64,000 nucleotides of DNA from Felis catus (Eukaryota). The translations under genes were made by a program, and so were the position numbers. This document shows positions 52,698 through 64,000 of the stretch, piece by piece. The stretch lies in assembly GCF_018350175.1 (NCBI RefSeq), contig NC_058368.1, positions 22,880,001-22,944,000 of the forward strand, given 5' to 3'. The notes under the pieces are model-generated. The model was not told where the DNA came from and did not search any database. It saw nothing but the letters and a program-made list of their open reading frames with translations. Positions within the stretch are counted from its first letter, which is position 1. Each line of letters begins with the position of its first letter.

Positions 52698-53129
52698 CTA
52701 AAAGGAAAAAATAATTATATTACCATTATGGCTTTTTTAAAAGTTACTTTTAAATTTTTTTCATAACTTAGAAATCAATTTTATCATGCTTTATTCATCT
52801 TATCTCCAGAAGTATACATCTTATTATTTTTCTTTTTATCCAGAAGTATACATCTTAAAGACAAAAAATTTCAGCATTATTAAAAATGTTAAAGTAGGTT
52901 TTTCCAATACATGACATTTCCACATATCACTGTTAATATTTAACTACAAAAGGACTGGATTCCTCATGGGCATTTGTAACTCAGAATGTATTTTGTAATT
53001 AAATCTTGACCTAGTTAGAATCTCAGATCAGGTCGTAAAAGTTTATTTAACTATTAGTCTCACTAAAATAACTCAACAGTACTATAAACCATGTTTTTTT
53101 AACAATGGTGGAGTAAAAATTTCCACAGA

Positions 53130-55900
53130 CCTGTTTCCCAGTGTAGTAACTATAACTGGTTGAAATTATTTTAAAAATCATTTAAAGTCTCTGGAAATTC
53201 TCCTGAGGGAATACATCAAAAAAGGAAACATTTGTTCATGAAAATCTACTAACTCTTGGTAAGAACAAAAATAGACTGGAATTCATAGCAAAACTCACTT
53301 CCTCCTCCTCTTTAGCTCAGCATCATAAAGCTCTACCCTGGGCAGGTGCAGCCAAGACACAGGACTCCCTCTCTCTGCAGTTCCCAGCCCAGAACTATCA
53401 CTCTGGGAAAGGAAGGTGGCCAGAATTTCTAATCACCCCCAGCTTTGTATGCAGAAAGTCTATCCCAGGCAAGAGTAACTGGGAGGTCTAGGGCTCCCTT
53501 CCTCCACTTAGCTCCCACTCAAAGGGTGAAAGTTCTATTCCAGGCACAGCTGATCAAGAATACTGGGGCCTTGACTTCTTTTACCCCACTTAGTTCACAG
53601 TACAGAGGTTCCAGATATGAAAAGCAATCTGAGAAGATTAGGGGCTACCATGTTTTCTCAGTGCCCTACTCTTAAAGTGGAAATGACACTCTAAGAGAAG
53701 AGGTGCACATTTTCCATTCTGACCTCATAGCAGTGGCAAAGTGATGCCCAGGAAAGAGGCAAGTCTTCAGAAAAAAAGAGGTCTGAAGCTCTCTCCAAAG
53801 GAATTAACTTCATTTGGAACACAGTGTGGGAACTTTCAAGGCTAAGTGCCATTGAAAACAATGGAAATTTTGGTGGTGAGCATGTAAGAGGAGGCGAGCA
53901 ATTGTATGAAAGCAACAAGCTGAATCCTAGACCACTTATGAGAGAACCAGGGGAAGAAGGAGCTAAGAAGAGCTCAAAAAGAACAAGCCTCAAGGCTGAC
54001 CTCAAAGACTATTTCTGAAAAGGGAGCCAATTTAATGAGATCAGACTGTGAAACAATTTGAGGCCCAGACATTGTCAAAAACAGCAAAATAATCATTCAC
54101 CAATTAATGGAAGGTATATCAACAAAGTGGTTAACTTAACAAGAGAGATCAGGGGGAAAAAGACTGTCAAAGAGAATCTCTTGAAAATGAGTCACCTCAG
54201 AGTGACTGTGCACATGTCCAATGGCTACACTGAAGAGCATTATCAAAGGCTACACACTGTGGGACTAACATACTTCACTGAAATAACACAGCTAGGCCAC
54301 CAAACAAATGCAGAACGACAACAGAAAGCCCCACAACATAGGAGAATCAGTACCTAGACTTACTAGGGTGTTATCAAAATGTTCAGTTTTCAAGAATAAA
54401 TGAAAATATGCAAAGAAATAGTAAAGTATGAACTCTACATGAGAAAAAAGCATGCAATAGAAATTGCATTAAAGAGAGCCCAGATGTCAGACTTAACAAA
54501 GACTTCAAAGGAGCTGTTATAAATATATCCCCCCCAAAAAATAAGTAAATAAATATATCCAGATAACTAAAAGAAATCATGCTTAAGGAACAAAGAAAGG
54601 AATTCTGATACTGTCTCATCCAATAGAGAATATCAATAAAGAGATATTATTTTAAAAGAACCAAATGGAAATTTGAGTTGAAGAGTACAACAACCAAAAT
54701 GAAAAATTCACTAGATAGGCTCAACAGATCTGACCTGGCATAAGAAAGAAACACTAAACTTGAAGACAGACCAAAAGAGATTATGGTTTGTGAAGAACAA
54801 AGGGGGGGACGGGGAAGAAGAAAAATGAAGAGATTCACAGAAATGTGGGACACCAAAAAACACACGAATACATTTGTAATGGGAGTACCAGAAGTGGGTG
54901 GAGAGATAGGAGCAGAAAAAAAAAATTTAAAGAAATAGCTGAAAACTTCCTGAATCTGATGAAAAAACATTAATTTACATACCCAAAACACATAAACTCC
55001 AAGAAGGATGAATGTAAAGGAATCCATACCCAGATATATGACAGTAAAGTGTTAAAAGACAAAGAGAAAAACAGGAAAAAGATGATACAGCATATATAAA
55101 GGAACCCAATAACATTAACAGCTGACTTCTCATGAAACAATGAAGACCAGAAGGCAGTAAGATTACATATTCAAAGTGCTGAAAGAAGAAAAATGTTAAC
55201 CAAGAATCATATCCAGCAAAACTGTCAAGAGTGAAAATAATAAAAGAGACATTACCAAATAATAAAAGAGAATTTGTTGATAGCAGACTCATTAGAAATA
55301 CTAAATACTAAATATTTCTCACAAGAAATACTAAAAGAAGTTCTTCAGGCTGAAAATAAGTAACACTAATTCATATCCACATGAAAAAACAAAGAGCACT
55401 GGAAAAGGTGAAATTATTGTGCTATAAAAGATGGTAATAACTGCGTATTTCTTCTCATAACTGATGTGAAAGCAACTGTATAACACGGTATGTATATAAC
55501 TGTATTTGGGGGGCTATAACATATAGAAATGTAATCTATTTGCACAAAAGAGGTGGGTGGAATCAAAGCTGTGTTGGAGTAAACAAATGACACTAGATGG
55601 TAAACTGAATCCATAGGAACAAATGAGGAGAACAAGAAATGGCTTAATAAGACAATTAATGTAACAAACTATAAATACACACTTGCTTTTCTCCATACTC
55701 TCAACTACTTTAGAAGACATACAACACAAATGTCTGTAAACTGATAAATAAAATGTGATAAAACCATACAGTGGAATATTGCTCCATAATAAATAGTAAC
55801 AAAGTAGTGAAACATGCTACAACATGGATAATCCATGAAAACATGCTAAGTGAAAGAAGCCAGTCACCAAAAATATGTAAATAAAAAATGTATATAGGCA
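53130..55900 (+). mobile_element. Ancient L1M-type relic (5' region, ORF1 and 3' fragments)
   Basis: Decayed ORF1-like sequence (gaaatgtgggacacc, gctgaaaacttcc, aacagctgacttctca); 3' motif gctacaacatggat...gctaagtgaaagaagccagtcac. Confidence 0.7.
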
Positions 55901-56059
55901 AAATTACTACCTTTAATAAAAAGTAGTTTATAATTACAAAAAGGATTTTTTATAATTACAGAAAAGATGTTTAATGTCCAAAGCATTGTTTTAAACTGTA
56001 ACTTAATGTAACTCAAACTAAAATGCTCTCATACAGTAAAAGATAATTGCATTCAATAT

Positions 56060-56795
56060 ATGTCTGTGCTAATATGGTAGCCACAAGCACTTACAGCAAG
56101 CTACCGAACACCTGCAATGTGGCTAGTACAAATGAAGTTGTGCTGTAAATGTGAATTATACACCAAAGTATTAAAAAATACTTAGTATGAGAAAAAGAAT
56201 GTGAAATATTTCATTAATAACTTTTATATTGGTTTTATGTTTTATTAAAATATAACTCATATAGCATAAAGTTTATAATTCTAAAGTATATAAATTCAGT
56301 AATTTTAGTGTATTCACTTCGTTTTACAACCATCACTACTATCTAATTCCAGAATATTTCTATCGTCCCCCCAACCCCCCAAACAAACCCCCTATCTATT
56401 AGCAATACTCCTTGGCAATCACTAATTTACATTTTGTTTCTATGGATATGCCCATTTGGACACTTCATATAATGGAATATATGCTCTTTTGTGTCTGGCT
56501 TCTTTCACTTAGCTTAATGTTTTCAAGGTTCATCCATGTTGTAGTATCTAAAAGCACTTTATTCCCTTTAATAGCTGAACAATAAAATAATCTACCTTTG
56601 GTTATTATGAATAATGTTGCTATGAACATTTAGGCAAAAATTTTTGTGGGAATTATACATGTTGAAATGAGATATTTTGAAATATCTAAGTTAAATGAAA
56701 TGTTAAAATTAATTTCACTTGTTTCTTTTTATTTTTGTCACATAGCTACTAGAGTATTTAAAATTCATGGCTTACATTATTATATTTCTCTATAA
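56060..56795. mobile_element. MER33-like hAT element interrupted by an antisense old L1 3' fragment (about 56240-56655)
   Basis: aatatggtagccac...aatgtggctagt and aaaattaatttcacttgtttc motifs on either side of a minus-strand L1MB-like segment (recalled). Confidence 0.65.
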
Positions 56796-58011
56796 TAGCA
56801 TTAACAAAGCTAATATTAACTTTAAAAGCTACCATTTATTATGCATTAATATGTGCTGGCAAGTGAGCTAACCGGTAACATTGTCTTATTTAATTCTCAC
56901 AATTACCCTGTAAGGAAAATATTACTGGCTATATTTTAGACCGAAATTGATGTTTAGAGAAGTTAAGGAACTTTTCCTAACTCACACACTCAGTAAATGA
57001 CTAAATTAATATTCATACTTAGATCTTTTTCGTCATATATATTGCCATATATATATGCACACATACAGTCTGCTCTGAAATGAACAGGCTTTGATACCAG
57101 TTAATTTTCCTAATTGCTCTTCAGAAAAAAGTACAAATAAGATAGGAAAAAAACCTGACAATCCACTTATATAACTAGTTAACAAAAAAGGCCCAAGTGA
57201 TCTGTTAAGGCCAGATCTGACTGTCATTCCAGATCAAAATCATTCAATGACTCCATCCCCTGCAAGGCAAAGTCCAAGCTCACTATCAGTCTGAACCCTT
57301 CCTACCTTTCAGCCATCAGCAAAACAAAGTACATAATGCTACTGCTTTGCCTTTGTACACATGCTAATCACTCTGCCTGGGAAGTTCAGTCACAGTTCTA
57401 CACATTTTGCTTGGTGAATTTATCCTTAAGCCTTTTCAGATATTGCATTTTATAGTTTTTACTTGATCAAAAGTACCCTGCAATTACCCTTCTCACCCTT
57501 GAACATACACGACATTTTGCCCACTATATAATTTCTACTTCTCATATATAATCTTCTAAAAGAGAGCATCACATGCATTACTGCACTTATTTTTATTAAA
57601 GAATATAATTTATTTACTATAAGCTTCTTTATGATCATAGTGTGATAGATTTTATATCCCCAGCACCTAACATATAACTGAGTACTAACAGACACTTAGT
57701 TAATGCTTGTTGTAGTTTCTTAATTTATTTGCAATAAAATAAGTTGATAGCTAGCCTAAAGATTCTTAAAGTATATTCTACAAAACACTATTTCCAGGAG
57801 GTTTTAATTGATGTTAAATGCATATAAACAAATATTAGTAGTCTAATAAATTTAGGAAATGATGAACTCAACAGATTCCACATATTTTATTATATAGGAC
57901 TTTTAAGAATCCTGAGTTGCCAATGTACAGTGTGACTCTTTAAAGGGGATATAGTATATAAATTTTCCCAAACTGGGCGAGAAATATTTTTTTGTTTTAA
58001 AAACATGTGGA

Positions 58012-58370
58012 AGGGTGCTTGGGTGGCTCAGTCGGTTAAGCATCTGACTTCAGCTCAGGTAACCATCTCTTGGTCTGTGAGTTGGAGCCCTCCATCGGCT
58101 CTGTGCTGACAGCTCGGAGTATGGAGCCCGCTTCAGATTCTGTGTCTCCCTCTCTCTCTGCCCCTTCCCCACTCGCGCTCGCTTGCTCTCTCTTGCTCTG
58201 TCTCTCAAAAAGAAACAAACAATTAAAAATTTTTTAAACATTTGTGAAGGGGCATCTGGCTGACTCCATCAATAGAGCATGTGGCTCTTGCTCTTGGGGT
58301 CATGAGTTCAAGCCGCATACTGGGCATAGAGCTTACTTAAGGAAAAAAAAAAAAACCCAAAAACAACAAA
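58012..58370 (+). mobile_element. Felid SINE (58012-58240) followed by a short head-type SINE (58248-58370)
   Basis: Two tRNA-derived heads, each with an A-rich tail. Confidence 0.88.
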
Positions 58371-59067
58371 CAGTGGAAAGTTTACTATGTTTATTATAGG
58401 CATTGGAGTCATCACTGTCTGCATTACCTCATTTAGTACATTAAAAAACCTAAGAGGATAGGCACCATTATCAATTCAGCTTACACACTAGAAAACTAAG
58501 CACTAAAGTTAGGTAACTAGCTTGTCCAAGACCACACAGTACGTGTTGGAGCCCAAAGTAGAATACAACTTCCTTTACAACTTTTTATTTACCTAAAATA
58601 TTAACTTTCATATTTTTTACCCAAGTGAAATGAGCCCCCAAGTGGACACAGCAACAGGCACATGCCAGATTTGGCATTGTATCCAGTGGCAGTGGGGACC
58701 TAGATGAAGAGTGTATTAAAAACTCAACCCACATTTATCTTAATTTTATCTTGCTCCCCATTGAACAGTAATGAAAAGTCTTCTAACCACCACTGAGAAT
58801 ACAAATCATAGCTTGGCAGTATACGTCAGCTACACCTACTGCATGCTTTCTCTTTCTAAACAAAATAACACCATTAGGAAGAAGTTTAAATTTTAAGGTC
58901 ACTCTTCCATTGAGAACTAGAAGTCTTCTTCTGGCAGAGAAGGCTAAAGTGGGAACTAAGCGTAAAGTTCGTTAAAGCAAATGAGAAATATGAAAGGACC
59001 ATATAACAATTTTGGAGGAAACATTCAGAATTGTGTATAACTGGATAAAAAAGAAAGCTATAAGAAC

Positions 59068-59068
<1 letters not shown>

Positions 59069-59098
<30 letters not shown>
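59069..59098. repeat. A30 homopolymer in intron 4
   Basis: Uninterrupted A run with no adjoining SINE or L1 body. Confidence 0.93.
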
Positions 59099-59101
<3 letters not shown>

Positions 59102-59228
59102 AATAGCAAAGGGGACAAATCTAAGGGGTAATATCCAACAATATTACTAAACAGAGTTCCCAGACAGAACCTAATCATGAACAGTAACATGCAAAATGGA
59201 GGTAATCCTAATAAGATTTCTACTTTAC

Positions 59229-59348
59229 CTTTCCAATTTGCTGTAGAGTGCACACAATACCTTATACTTCTTCAACAGTCTTGACATAGCATTATCAACT
59301 TTGGTACTCGTATCAACTTCTTTTAGTAAATCAAAGAATTTGTAGACA
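59229..59348 (-). CDS. RB1: RB1 exon 4 ([40 protein letters not shown])
   Basis: 120 bp; ttttag acceptor, GTAAAG donor. Confidence 0.97.
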
Positions 59349-62154
59349 CTAAAAGAAAATAACAGAAAAAAGTGAATCTGTAACTGAAAAAATGTTTTAT
59401 TTCATTTTCAAAGCAGAGACATTTCAATTAAAAAGTTTATTAGCTCTACACCAAATCACTATTATATTCTTTAGAAGGAATTACTTTTTACATTTTACTA
59501 GACTTTGAAGAGTAAAAATCAACTAGCTTCAACTTACACCCCTGTATCTGTATACCTATGCCTACATTTATTTATACAAAAACAAGGGTTATGACAGGCA
59601 TATACATACATATTTATTTCCATACCTACCCATATGCTTTGAAAATCATAAGTTCACATCTATTTATCTTATTCCAACAAAAAACATGGTTTTTTGAACA
59701 CATGGTTCATTCCCGTGTTTCCATTTCCATATGTATAACTCTTCATTCACAGTGAGAAACCTAGGATCTACTTATCTTTATTCATTTAGTCAACCCCCCC
59801 CCCCCCCGTATGTAACTACCTTCCATCTCCAAAGCTATCCCCTCTCCCATATGGGCACTCTCCTCTCCTGCTCAGACTGACTCCCCATCCTAGACTGCCC
59901 TCACCCCTCTACATGGACATCTTCCTCACCCTAGGAGACTGCTGACTCCCCTACGGTAACTGCCCTCACCTCACATGTGCCATGACTCTCTACACTGGCT
60001 TACTACACACCCTGCTTGGTCTCTGACACTGCACACCAAGCAGTCCAGATCATAATCCCCACCCCCAACCACAGCCATGTGAATGCCTTCCTTATCTCAT
60101 TTGGACTCTAACATCCTTCTTGGACCCCGTGGCTCTACCCTATCACAGATGCACATACCTACTTTCTTCACTGCACCCCCCCAGTGGTTTTAGGACTGAA
60201 TTGTTGGGGAAGGGAAAATAAAAACTGAATAAAATTTTTAAGTTGTTTAAATAATCTCTTTAAATCATTATTGTTTTCTATAAAAAATTAATCTATGTGA
60301 AATATTAACACGTTTTTCACCAATGAGAAACAGGGCACTAAAGACAGCAATCATCAACTGCACCTCACACACTCATTTCTAATCAAGATTGTCTAAGGAA
60401 TTATACCAAAGCAGCTAAATGAACTAAAGGGTAGTCACCAGACCCACCCATAGGCTGTCTGGCAACTAATGAATTATAGGTTTCATTCCAAAAATGGACT
60501 GGACCCCTCAGACACTTATCTTGAGAACTGTAAAAATAAAAGCTTCAGCTAATCAACAGAGGGCAAAAAAACCCAAAAGAAGGTTATTAAAATCCTCAGG
60601 ATATAGAAGGGACTGGGGCAGCCACAACAAGCTATGTGGAACAGCAAACAAAGAAGCAGAAATAATGTGGAGTAAATGATCATGATGCTGCTCAGAAAAG
60701 GGAATGGAGTAAATGTGTAGATACCTCCAGAGAAAAAGAAATCAACCTCAGAACAGCATTTATTCATGAACTATTCTCCATGAAAATTCCAGTTTTTATG
60801 AGATATATGGCAATATCTATGGAGGACCATGGAAACTGAATTGTTACTAGGGGTAACTTAATTGAGTATTCCTTCTGTAGCCCTTCTGTGAAGGAAAGAG
60901 AAGAGGAAAGGCTAGAGGGAGGAAAAGCAGGTATAAAAAGCCATAATTAAGACACACGGATCTGTAAGTAACTACATATTCTAGAGCAGTGCTCCATGAA
61001 TTGGTACTGGTTTGTTATCCGTCCACAATTAAATAAGTACAGAAATTGAGGGTAAGCATATAAAAACTTTCACAATTTAACACTAATTTTATGCCTGCTA
61101 AATATAATAAAAATAAAAATATAAAATATAAAAATAAAAAATATTACTATAAGTTTTTCATTTCATTTTTTTTTGGTAATCAATTGACATTATATATTTT
61201 TAAATGTCAGTCCATGATATACTGAGGAAAAAAGTCCTTTACCAAAGCACATTTAAGAAGCAGTGGTCTAGATAACATTACTGGGTAGTTATTAGAACAG
61301 AGAGATGCCCTAAGAAAAAGTCATAACAAATCATTACTACATTTATTTTAGGGAGATTAGTTATGACATGCCCAATTATAAAACAGTGCTGCTTATGAAT
61401 ACTCAGGAAAAAAGTATAGGAAAACATTTGCCAGGAAAATTCTTTCATGTTACAAATAAAAGATGTATTCGCTTTTCTCTTTCATATTTATTTAGTAGTC
61501 TATAAATAGCTATATAACACTGAATTGCAGCCATCTGTTTAATTTTATCTTTCCCAGTGGACTGAGTTTCTTGAGGTCACAGACTATTTCTCACCTCCAT
61601 ATCATTAGAACCTAGCACAGTATCAGAGTGCCTAACAGTTATTCCAGTTTTGTTTTTTTTTTTGTAGGGGAAGGGAATGGAGGGGTGGTCTGTAGAAGGA
61701 AAGAGCTCAAGACCTCAACAGTACCTATGGTCGAGTCGAGTCATAAATGCTGATTCTATAAACTGCTTACTTCTCTATTTGCTGTAAGCTATTTAATTCT
61801 CATATAAAGTAGCTAATAATTTTCACTTTACAGATGAGGAAACTGAGACTTAATAAAGCTAAGCAATCTGCTCCAAGTCATACAGCTTGTAAAACAACAG
61901 AGACCAGATTAAAACCTGCTCTGTCTCAACCAAAGCATCCATATTCTTTTCAATCCTCTAGGACAGATGAATCGTCTAGGTAGATGGAACATCTAACATG
62001 TAAATATACAAATTAATGTAGAAATTTACTTATACATTTAGATTATTTCTCAGTTATATAAAAATATTTTGATTTAGTGATTTTATTAATCAAGTTAAAC
62101 TGAAATCTGAGCAGTAAACCAATTCTAATTCACCAGGTTAAATATGAACATACA

Positions 62155-62445
62155 GTATTATGCTGAGTGAAATAAGTCATTCAGAGAAGGACAGATATGA
62201 TAGCTTTTCACTCATGTGATCTTGAGAAACTTAACAGAAGTCCATGGGGGAAGGGAAGGGGAAAAAAACAGAGAGGGAGGGAGGCAAACCACAAGAGACT
62301 CAAATACAGAAAACAAACTGAGGGTGAGGGTAAGGGGAAAATGGGTGATGGGCATTGAGGAGGGTACTTGTTGGGATGATCACTGGGTGTTATATGTAAG
62401 CCAATTTGACAATAAATTATATTCATAAAAAAATAATAAAAAATA
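62155..62445 (+). mobile_element. Short felid L1 3' end
   Basis: Similar to the 3' ends at 1570-1860 and 29700-29975; AATAAA and A tail. Confidence 0.92.
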
Positions 62446-63212
62446 TACAAGGTCTTTGTTTCCACATTTTATTTGGAGGCAGTAAGAAAAAGAGTTACTG
62501 AACAACACAGAAATTTATCTCATTTAAATAAAACACCAATTATGTTTAATTCTAGATGATTTTATCCAAGAAAAAACATATACTACTACCTTTCTGGCAA
62601 CATTATTTACTGTTACATTTTGTAAATACACTGCAAATGAAATGACTGGAAGTCCCATAAACTTTATCTGCTCAGGATACAGTTCAGAAGTTACTAGAAA
62701 CAAATTAGTAAATGCTTCTTATAAGGCTTATAAACTCAACAACAAACATTAATTCCTAGAGCAACTATGGACACTCAGCTAAATTTCCAGTCTCAAAAAG
62801 CATATAATTATGCATATATTACATTAAGCAATCTTAAACATTAATAAATCTTAGCTAAATTCCTTTAAGATAGACTTACAGTACTTTTATAAGTTTTAAT
62901 CTAATAAGTCTACATTACAAACCCTTGTTCTTTTTGTCCACTTCATCAAGAGCTACAACTAGGAAAGTTCTAGAGAGTGAGAGACATGATGAAAAATTTC
63001 CCAGGACACAAACTGCGATATTCTTGAGAAAGTGCAACATAAATATACATTCATTAAGGCTTCATGAGAGAAAGTTCACTAGTTGACCTAAGTCCTTTAA
63101 AAGTTTTATTTAATTTCAACATTTCTCACTAGTTCTCTAAAGTCTATTAAGAGGAAAGTTCAGAAATACTTTTCTTTAATGGCAGAGGCCTATATTGATG
63201 TAAGAAATTTTA

Positions 63213-63371
<159 letters not shown>

Positions 63372-63749
63372 TTATTCACACACTGGATACTATACTAAAA
63401 TTATATGATGATTTTTTTCTTACTCAATTTAACTTGCTTTTAAATTCTTATGATGGCATATAGTTGAGAGTATTTAATTCCACACTAACAAAAAATCTTT
63501 AATTTTATATTATAAAGCAAAAAATACTAGAAAGATCAAAAAGTTAAATTATAACTTACTGTGAAAAATTGAGGGGTCAGTTCTCTGAAGCAAATATTTT
63601 CATTTTTCAATAATCCAATGTCATCAGAGCCAACTTAAAAGATTTGAGTTCATAACAATTGTTTTTTTTTTTAAAAAAAGAAGCCTACTTTCTTATCTTC
63701 ATTTTGCTCTGATACACTTATTTTTTTACCAATCTACTGACTCAAGTAT

Positions 63750-63925
63750 TTTGTAACCTCATGAAATTCATATCTCTCAGTGCCATAATTGCCTCCTTTG
63801 TAAAATGGAAATAATAATACATATCTCACTTGGTAAGAATTAAGTGAGAGTATACATCTAAAGCCCTTAGAATAATGCCTGGCATATAATTAGTACCTGA
63901 TGAGTGATGGCTATGATTATCATTA
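63750..63925. mobile_element. MIR relic
   Basis: tctctcagtgcc...cctttgtaaaatggaaataataata...aatgcctggcatata core. Confidence 0.7.
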
Positions 63926-64000
63926 GAATACTTTTTCCCTTAAAAATATGTATCTCTTTCTAAATATGTAAGTGTTGTAGGTAAAACTTGATTACATTAG

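Noticed and set aside
53445..54357. Cluster of ORFs in a slightly GC-richer block
   Set aside because: It lies within a decayed ancient L1 5' region; no recognisable protein motif or splice structure.

Overview
Mammalian genomic DNA, almost certainly from a felid: the young SINEs and L1s look like SINEC_Fc and L1_Fc. The window lies inside the RB1 (retinoblastoma) gene, which runs on the minus strand. Coding exons 3-17 (63329 down to 15814) have canonical GT-AG junctions and join into an uninterrupted 1431-nt frame of 477 codons (human numbering about 89-565: N-terminal domain and pocket A). Positions 1-15813 are intron 17. The introns are dense in repeats: about 26 carnivore SINEs, many L1 pieces nearly all antisense to RB1, and MER44/Tigger, Charlie1, MER33, MLT1, L2 and MIR relics. 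Intron 12 is 18.7 kb and holds a nested L1 stack. Its core is a young full-length L1 (23812-29985) with a perfect 14-bp TSD, a CpG-rich 5'UTR, ORF1 broken only by one extra A in a homopolymer, and a fully open ORF2. A SINE has inserted in frame (+81 codons) near the ORF2 C-terminus. The 5'UTR also carries an antisense ATG-ORF and splice donors pointing toward RB1 exon 13. I found no new protein-coding system; the most interesting items are these retroelement architectures. Repeat family names and human comparisons are from recall, not database searches.
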